This document shows, piece after piece, positions 56,364 to 64,000 of a stretch of DNA of 64,000 bases. Location: the NCBI RefSeq assembly GCF_026571515.1, contig NW_026861463.1:434001-498000 (forward strand). Direction: 5' to 3'. Within the stretch, counting starts at the first letter, position 1, and each line of letters starts with the position of its first letter. The notes under the pieces are model-generated. The model saw only the letters and a program-made list of their open reading frames with translations. It was not told the origin of the DNA and did not search any database. A program made the translations under genes and the position numbers. This stretch comes from Ruditapes philippinarum (lineage: Eukaryota).

Positions 56364-56750
56364 GTCATTTTCATTTCGTATGTTTATTTACCATGTGTAT
56401 CTGAATATCTATAAAAAAATAGAAAAGTGAAGTTAACAAACCTGTCTTAAAGTTTAATTTAAAGACAAAGATTAATCGTTAAATATTCATCTTTTTTTCC
56501 AGCGAGTGTTCATGCATTAAGTGAATATATTAAACCCTTCGGTATTTCATTTTGAACGTAAGATAATTATGCTTAACGAAGCGGCAATATTTAAAGAAAC
56601 GCTGTCCGATTTATACACTATTGTTGACGGGTAAACTACGGTTTAAACTTGCAACACAAATACGTTCATACTATTTTGTGTACAATTTTGCACATAGAAG
56701 AAGGATTTTAACTTACTAACAATACATTTTAAATCTGCACATTGAATGCA

Positions 56751-59700
56751 ATGAAAATGCAGTCCAGAGTAATTATAGTAATTGCTGTGGTCGCATGTGC
56801 TGTTACACTTGCTTTAGGAATTATTATTGGACACTTTGCCATCGAGAAAGCAGACGACACAGAAGGTCAAGGTGACTCGCAGAAGCTGAACGCCGGATGT
56901 GGCGCTAAATTTACTGCACCATGGAAACAATACAGGGAAAGGTAGGAATGAATTCGATGTGTTTTGTTTGTTTTTTGGGTTTTTTTTTAATTTCAAATTT
57001 ATGAATAAGATTAATTAAAACGTGATGACTTAATGATAAACTGATGTATTAAAATAAAGTCTAGCACATGGTTGGAGACCTGTAGCAATCTTAAAAAAAA
57101 TAAATGTGGTGCAACCGCTGTGTCTTAACTAATATTCCTTTAAGCTGTAATGAGGTAAAAGTACAAGAATTAAAAGTAAAAGTATTTCTTTACTTACAAT
57201 AGTTTGAGAGAAAGGAGGGTCTGTATGGCCCTATTGAAAATTAAGTCACTATATTTATGATAAAATGTAATGCAGTACAAATGACCTGTCTCGTAAAACT
57301 GTGTTAAAATACAGAAATGAGCCTGTATGACATGTATTTAGGTAAATAATAGAGAAATAATAGAAGCAAGGCAAAAGACGCTAGTTTAATTCAAGTTTAA
57401 TAATAAAATTCATGAAATTTGTTGTTATTGTTTTTTTGTTGTTGTTTTTGTTGTTGTTGTTGTCGTCGTAGATAAATAGTTTGGGAACTAATTCATTATA
57501 TATTTGTGAATATGTATATATTCTGCTACTTTGAACTGTTTTAATTAGATACAGCGACGCCAAAAAGATTTGCAAACGTGTGTAAACCGTAATGGCATTG
57601 CTGGTGATGATGTTATTATGTTTACTAAAATGCGAAAGGGTATATAACAGAACGGAAATCTGACCTGCGGCTATAATGCTTCGCAATAGATCTCTAACAT
57701 TCTCAATTTATAACCCTTATTTTGTTTTGTTATGGAATTGCCCGGCTTTAAAATGACAAACAGTTTATTGGTTACATCAAGTTTGTTACCAAAATGATAA
57801 TATAATAGTGCGTGGTGAGCTACATACATGAAGTTAGGCAACACGTATGACATTTATATGGTGGCTGATTTGGTACGTCTAGTTGGCGCTAGCGACAACA
57901 CGACAAAGCGCCAAACGGCGCGTTGTCGGACTTTCGTCTTGTCGTCCTGTCGCTAGCGACAACACGACAAAGCGTCTAACGGCGCGATGTCGTCTGTCGT
58001 CCTGTCTCTAGTGCGGCACGCCAAACGGCACGTTGTCATGCGGCACGTTCTCGCGATGTCGCCTTGTCGCTTGGCTTATAAGCGAATCCTTCAATTTGAA
58101 GCAAGCGACAAAGTGACATCGCTACAACACGCCGCACGACAACACGCCGTTTGGCGTGCCACGCTAGAGACAGGGCGACAACGCGCCGTATAGCGCGTTG
58201 TCGTGTTGTCGCTAGCGCCAACGCGACGCACAAAAGTGTACCAAATCAGCCACCATACATTTAAGCACGTTAGTGGCACAGTGGCACCCAATCATATCAT
58301 TTTACGAACTGTGAAGTTGACTGCCGATAAACAATTTTTCTGAAGTGTTTCCTTAAGAAACAGTGGCTCAATGTTTAAATATACATGTACGTAAAGTAAA
58401 TAAATAACAATTTACAATAGCTGTAAATTTCACGGACCAACTGAGACATTTTGCAATTCGTTTACATGTATACATGTATATTTGTTACAACAAAAATTTA
58501 AATACGGATCATAAACAGTAAATCATATATAAATAGTAAATAATTTTCATTTTAAAAAACAATGTGTATTATAGTTTTACATTAAACATGTATTGTTGTA
58601 TGGTCTCCCACATTGTTTTGAAAACTTCCCTCAAGCGTACTATTGATAGATTTGAGGTTAGGCAAAAAATAATTTTCTATGTTTCGGGTAACATTCTTTA
58701 TAAAGGTTTGTTGTTGTTGTGTTTNNNNNNNNNNNNNNNNNNNNNNNNNNNNNNNNNNNNNNNNNNNNNNNNNNNNNNNNNNNNNNNNNNNNNNNNNNNN
58801 NNNNNNNNNNNNNNNNNNNNNNNNNNNNNNNNNNNNNNNNNNNNNNNNNNNNNNNNNNNNNCGAGACGAGGCATGCTTTTACTCATTGATCTGTCACTAT
58901 GAACATAAGGGTCGGCTAATAGTCAGGGGCAAGTCGTTGTTTCCTTACGAAACTTTACACTCATTGCTTAGTACTGGTTGGTTCCACGGGGCAACTTTTT
59001 ACAGCTGCCACACAGCACTTGACACCTGCTGTTGCCATAAGGGTCGGCTGAGTAAGGTTTGTTAGGTTCGGCCGCCCGAAACAAAGGATTTATAGACGTT
59101 AAACTTTCCGGTGATTTTACACTTTTCAGTTATTTAGACAACTGTGTGAAGGAGTCGTGCATGTCGCCATCGTCTTGCAATACAGAAGATCTTCCAAGAA
59201 CATTTCTGGCGTACCATTTGAACGGAAAAACAGTGAATATTGATGGAAAATTGGATGACGAAGCATGGACAGAAATTCCATATTCAGAGACATTCATGGG
59301 TAAGATCTTTGTAAATAAAAGTTTGGTTGACGTAAAGCCCTGTCCTCATCCCTTATTTAAATTAAATAAAGAATAATTCACAATATGAGGTATCACAATG
59401 CTGAACTTAATGTCCTCGTATTGCTTGCTGTACCAACCCACACACATGCCTTATCCGGCTTTACAGGACACTTCATACTGTCAATCGTTTGTTCTCGGAC
59501 ATTCCAGTCAAATTTCGGAAATGAATAATAGCCGAGATGTTCCGATATTGGAATGCGGATCTAGAGGGTGGTAGGAGGCGGGGGATTTGACAATAATGTA
59601 GAACCCATCTTAAATTAGGGTATCAATTTACCGTGGGGCGGGGGTAGCGAAAATCGGGCAAAAACTAGTGAAAGTCATCAAAATTTTGTCACATGACCCC

Positions 59701-62444
59701 ACACTTGCGAACTAATAAATAGTCATCCCCCTTTCATGCCTTTGAAATATTCATTTCCATATGCCGTGATTTTGCTACCCACTCAGGAAAAAAAATCCCG
59801 GATTTTTGTGAATATTGTGAGGCTCAGTTGGCTGTAATGCCTGAAGGCAGTGTTTTCTTTCCGGATGTAAAAGGTCAACTTTCATTATTAAGGGTGTTTC
59901 GGATGACAAACGTCACATATACACGTGTGATGGTGAACTTTGAACAAGAGGTCAACGAACTATTTATTCAAAATGATATTCTAAACTTAAAAATAATTAT
60001 AACGCTTGGCCACCTGAACTACCATAGGACACAATTTAATATCTGTTTGCCAAAATACCGTAAAACGTCTTGTATAATTTATGATGTCGTAAAAGCATAA
60101 ATTATAATTAATGAAAGTAATATTATACAATTGTTACTTTTTCTTATACCTGTCCGTCTGTTCAGATATTCGAGGTCCGGATTATCCTACGCCCTATTTC
60201 AACACAAGATTTAAGGTTCGCTGGGACGATGACCGACTCTATGTGGGTGCACTAATGGACGAGACAGACTTCTGGGGTACTTATACTGTGGACGAGTCGC
60301 AAGGTAATTTTAATGCTTCTTGGTCGCACTCTCAGCTTTCCGGACATTTCCGGCAAACTCCGTAAATGTCAATTTTGAACGAAAGTCAATGAGACATTAT
60401 ATGATGAGTTTCTATTTCCGGTGATGGAAATAATATTTAATAAGGAATATCTTGTTATATTTGTCTTACAACATGTTTGCTTTAAGTTTGAATAAGTTAA
60501 TTTACTCCAAGTTTGAGTGTATTGTCAAATGAGAAGATTGGAATAGAAAAAGCAATAATTGGCGTCGACTAATATTCTAACGAGTAAGTGTGGGTTTAAA
60601 TCCCGTTAGCTTGGGCAAGCTTTGCTGCCTTGAACAAGAAACTTTACACTCATTGCTTAGTACTGGTTGGTGCCAGGAATGGACTCGAGAATGTGTCTTT
60701 AAGCTTGTAAAATTCTAAACATTCGAATCAAAAAATTCTGTATAAAGTAAAAGAAGGAGTATTACATTTATGACGGCGTGCTTATATTACATTTCTATAC
60801 TGTACATTGTGCATTGCATTCTGTTCATAAGCGTTATTTTTAATAAGTAATTTTCTCTTCATTTTAAAATATTTTTTATCAATAATACATGTATTGGCTA
60901 GGAAAAATACTACTTTTAGAACTGAAATAGTAACACTAACCAGTTTAAATTTCTATTCTATTTTTATTTGATTTTTCTTAACAGTTTGGCGGGAAAATGC
61001 ATTCGAGGTAGGTACTGTATGTGTAGAAATATTCGCGGGCTTCAAATTTTCGCTATCTTCGCGGTGACATTGGTAGATTTGAAAAGTAATATGTGTACAA
61101 TATAATATGTTGGAATATGTGAATTACATATGTATTTATGTGCTTGAGTTTTGTTGTAAAGATTTAATTGTAGAAATTTCTTATAAGCATAACATCTATA
61201 AACATTTTTTTATTTCTATATCAATGTTACGTACATATGTATGTTACATTTTTTATTTGCTATAGGCGAAAATAAACTTAAGTAAAAAACTTACGTGTTT
61301 GATAAGTTTAAGCAAAATGACTGGTTTATGTTATGTTCATGTGAACATCCATCATTTTCAACTGATTTTTGTACAATTCTAAAAAGTAATTTCTTTTTTT
61401 TTTCTGTGGCGCCGTTATATGTCGCAACGCCGCTAGATGTCGCACCATTGCCACTGAATGTCGCAACCTCCATTGAATGACACAAAATCTTCTGGCGATA
61501 AATGTCGCAAAGTAACATTAAATGTCGCACGATTTTCCCTTGCCGTTACATGGCCCAACGTTACCGTTTAATATCGCAATATGTATATCCATGATTAAAT
61601 TACAGTAAACATTGGGAAAATGCTTGTATATTTGTATGTATAGTAACTATAAGACATAACGGAATGTCCCGATCCACCTGCCGATTCAAGATAAAAAAAA
61701 ATGTTGTTTTTTAAGTTTTTGGTCTAAAATGGGGACATTTTTCATGAATTATTTTAAACATTCCTAAAACAATAGAAACGTATCAGTATGTGCATGATTT
61801 AAGTAAAGAACTTTGTGTACTTTTGAAAGTTTATAACTAGACTATATAGTGTCCATCAACTTGCTCCTTCACCGCAGTGACATAGGTTTCTTTCATGTGA
61901 GGAAGCTACCCAGAACGTCGGTGGTTCTACTCAGGTTTCCGTTCGTGCACAGAGAGAGGCACTAGAGGTCTTCCTTCGCAAGTAAAGCTGGAAAGTCGCT
62001 TTATGACCTTACATTGTTCGTGTAACGTATTTTAGGATTATGAAAAAAGAAATTTTCACAAATATGCCTTGAATTGGTTTATATACAACAATTGTAACGC
62101 AAACCAAGCGTGGTATCAGTTTTCGCCCTTTTCAGCTCGCTATGAAATTTTAAAAAGAGCAAATATATTTAAAGTTCTCGGAAAATTTTGAGTTTTTGCG
62201 ACATTAAACGGTTGTGTAATGACATTCAACGATAAGGTAAATTAGTGTAACATTTAATGTCATCATTGCGACATTTTTAAATGTAAAATATTTTGAGACA
62301 TTTAGCGGCTATTGGGATATTCAGCGGCAATAGCGCGGCATTTAACGACAAGTGCGGCATTTGACGTCGTTGCGACATATAACGGCACCAGAAACTTCAT
62401 TTGTTTTCATAGGTGTACGCTGTCCCCGATGGAAGTATGCATAA
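56751..62444 (+). CDS. Type II membrane protein with CBM9/DOMON-like sugar-binding domain (5' part; no stop found in window)
   Basis: join(56751-56941,59130-59299,60166-60303,60985-61007,62413-62444...) is in frame. N-terminal TM anchor; IDGKLDDEAW, DIRGPDYPTP..TRFKVRWDDDRLYVGA, VWRENAFEVYAVPDG. Confidence 0.8.
57857..58257. mobile_element. Palindromic MITE (TATGGTGGCTG ends)
   Basis: tatggtggctgatttggtac ... gtaccaaatcagccaccata with internal inverted GC-rich repeats. Confidence 0.85.
61408..62389. mobile_element. TIR element with subterminal repeats and a nested SINE (~61845-62030)
   Basis: ggcgccgttatatgtcgcaacg (61408-61429) / cgttgcgacatataacggcacc (62368-62389); repeated atgtcgca / tgcgacat motifs. 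Confidence 0.75.
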
Positions 62445-63126
62445 GTAAGTATTAAAACAGCAGATCGACATTATCAAATATTCATTTCTATAACAAAGAC
62501 ATGACAATAAAATGAAATTATCAAAAGTTTGAAATGTTTTTCTATTAACGCAGCGAAAATTAAATCAGTGACATCTACTCTTATTGCCATGTGTCGTAAG
62601 CGTGATTATTTCGAGGCGGTAACACGGTTGGGCACCGGGGCAAGTATGTAAGCCACGTTTTTACCAGTAACCAACCATGCAGGTTTATTTTATCAAAGTT
62701 TATTGCAAATGAGTGACATTGAAACCTAAAAGTCCCTTATTGGATGTACGCTTCAGTAGATGCGACCAATAATTCCTCATTACATAACTCCAATTATCAT
62801 TGAGTCCAGCACTATTAAGTGTTGAAAATTGAGTACCGCTCAGCCGGTGCTAGAAGACATGAGGGATGTTTCATATTTTCATTATCTCTCATGTACAGAC
62901 TCAATCAAACCGAGTCTGCACTTTTCATATAATTCTGCTGTTTTTGATGAGGGACCATATATATCCACCAGTCAGCAAAATACCATGGATGACAAGAAAT
63001 AGAAGTTTTTTTATTGCCCAATTTTATCATTATCATCATAAGTATGGTTTGCTTTATAAAGTTACATGTCATAATGTGATTTTCAGCTTTAGGTGAGGTT
63101 GGAGGGGGTCAGGTGCCTCTCCATTA

Positions 63127-63160
<34 letters not shown>

Positions 63161-64000
63161 TGGACACCTTGAAGATTATCTGTTTAAGCGTATCCGATGT
63201 AGATGCCGGACGGAAACTGGTCGAAAAATTTGCGACTTATCAGCTTAGGTTAGTGTTTATAGGTAAGCATTTATTATATTAAATTGATCTGGTAAATGCT
63301 TACTTATCTACACTAACTATTTGATTAATGTTTGGAATTATTTATATAAATGGTCGATTTACTAGATTGATATATAGTTAGCCGATTAACCAAAGTAAAT
63401 GCATTACGATTCATATCACACACATATTGCAACCTTATTGGACAAAAATAATTTCAAACATTGAAACAAATTGACATTACGCCAGAGAAGAGATTGCTTC
63501 GCCCACTGATTCACGTGACCCGGTCATTCAGAACCTTAGACAAAACACGGTACCGACGTTTACAGGAAACTATTGTGCCACTAAAGTTATTAATGAATTT
63601 TCCTTATATAATTTGGTATAAAAGTTTAATACTTTTCTTGAATAGTTCAATGTATAATGGTATTTAAAAAAAGTAACAAATAACTTCATTCATGCATTAA
63701 TTATGAATAAAACGTTTGGCAAAGATCTTGTTATATTTCTCGTTGACTTCGAGGAAGATGTTACTGACAAAATATCATTTTAGTTTACAAATTCAAAGAT
63801 AGTTAAAATTTAAGTAGCGGGACATATAAATAGTAAAATTATATTAAAACACAGTAACATTTACAAATGTTTTTAGGGTTTTATGTGCGAAATCATTAAT
63901 ATATAATGCATTTGTGCATAAATTGTTAAAATTGAATGAGAAAATTGCCCTTGCGTAACTTTGTAGTATGATATATGATTATATGTATATGTGTACATTA

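Larger units (their letters stand above)
55036..57359 (+). repeat. ~1.0 kb direct duplication (55036-56041 and 56364-57359)
   Basis: Near-identical copies with a few SNPs and indels; each holds the same coding exon. Confidence 0.95.

Overview
AT-rich, intron-containing animal genomic DNA. The repeat families and gene content suggest a bivalve mollusc (inference). There are three N gaps (29630-29882, 30809-31147, 58725-58861). Spliced gene models were built by hand from GT-AG junctions and frame continuity. On the + strand: a RING-less B-box/coiled-coil gene whose 3' part overlaps a 4-unit ~0.9 kb tandem repeat carrying a candidate micro-exon per unit; a Crypton-type (DUF3504 tyrosine recombinase) transposon whose ORF is broken by a perfect 46-bp inverted duplication; a purple/tartrate-resistant acid phosphatase; and a secreted type-B carboxylesterase. 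Next is a cluster of three ARF-family GTPases (one +, two -), where the two minus-strand genes share conserved promoter blocks. Further + strand genes follow: a 149-aa divergent calmodulin-like gene, a claudin/PMP22-like gene with an apparent frameshift, and the 5' part of a type II membrane CBM9/DOMON-like gene whose first exon is duplicated around a LINE fragment. The rest contains MITEs, tRNA-derived SINEs, Helentron-type elements, a minisatellite and microsatellites. No database searches were run, so family calls rest on recognised motifs.
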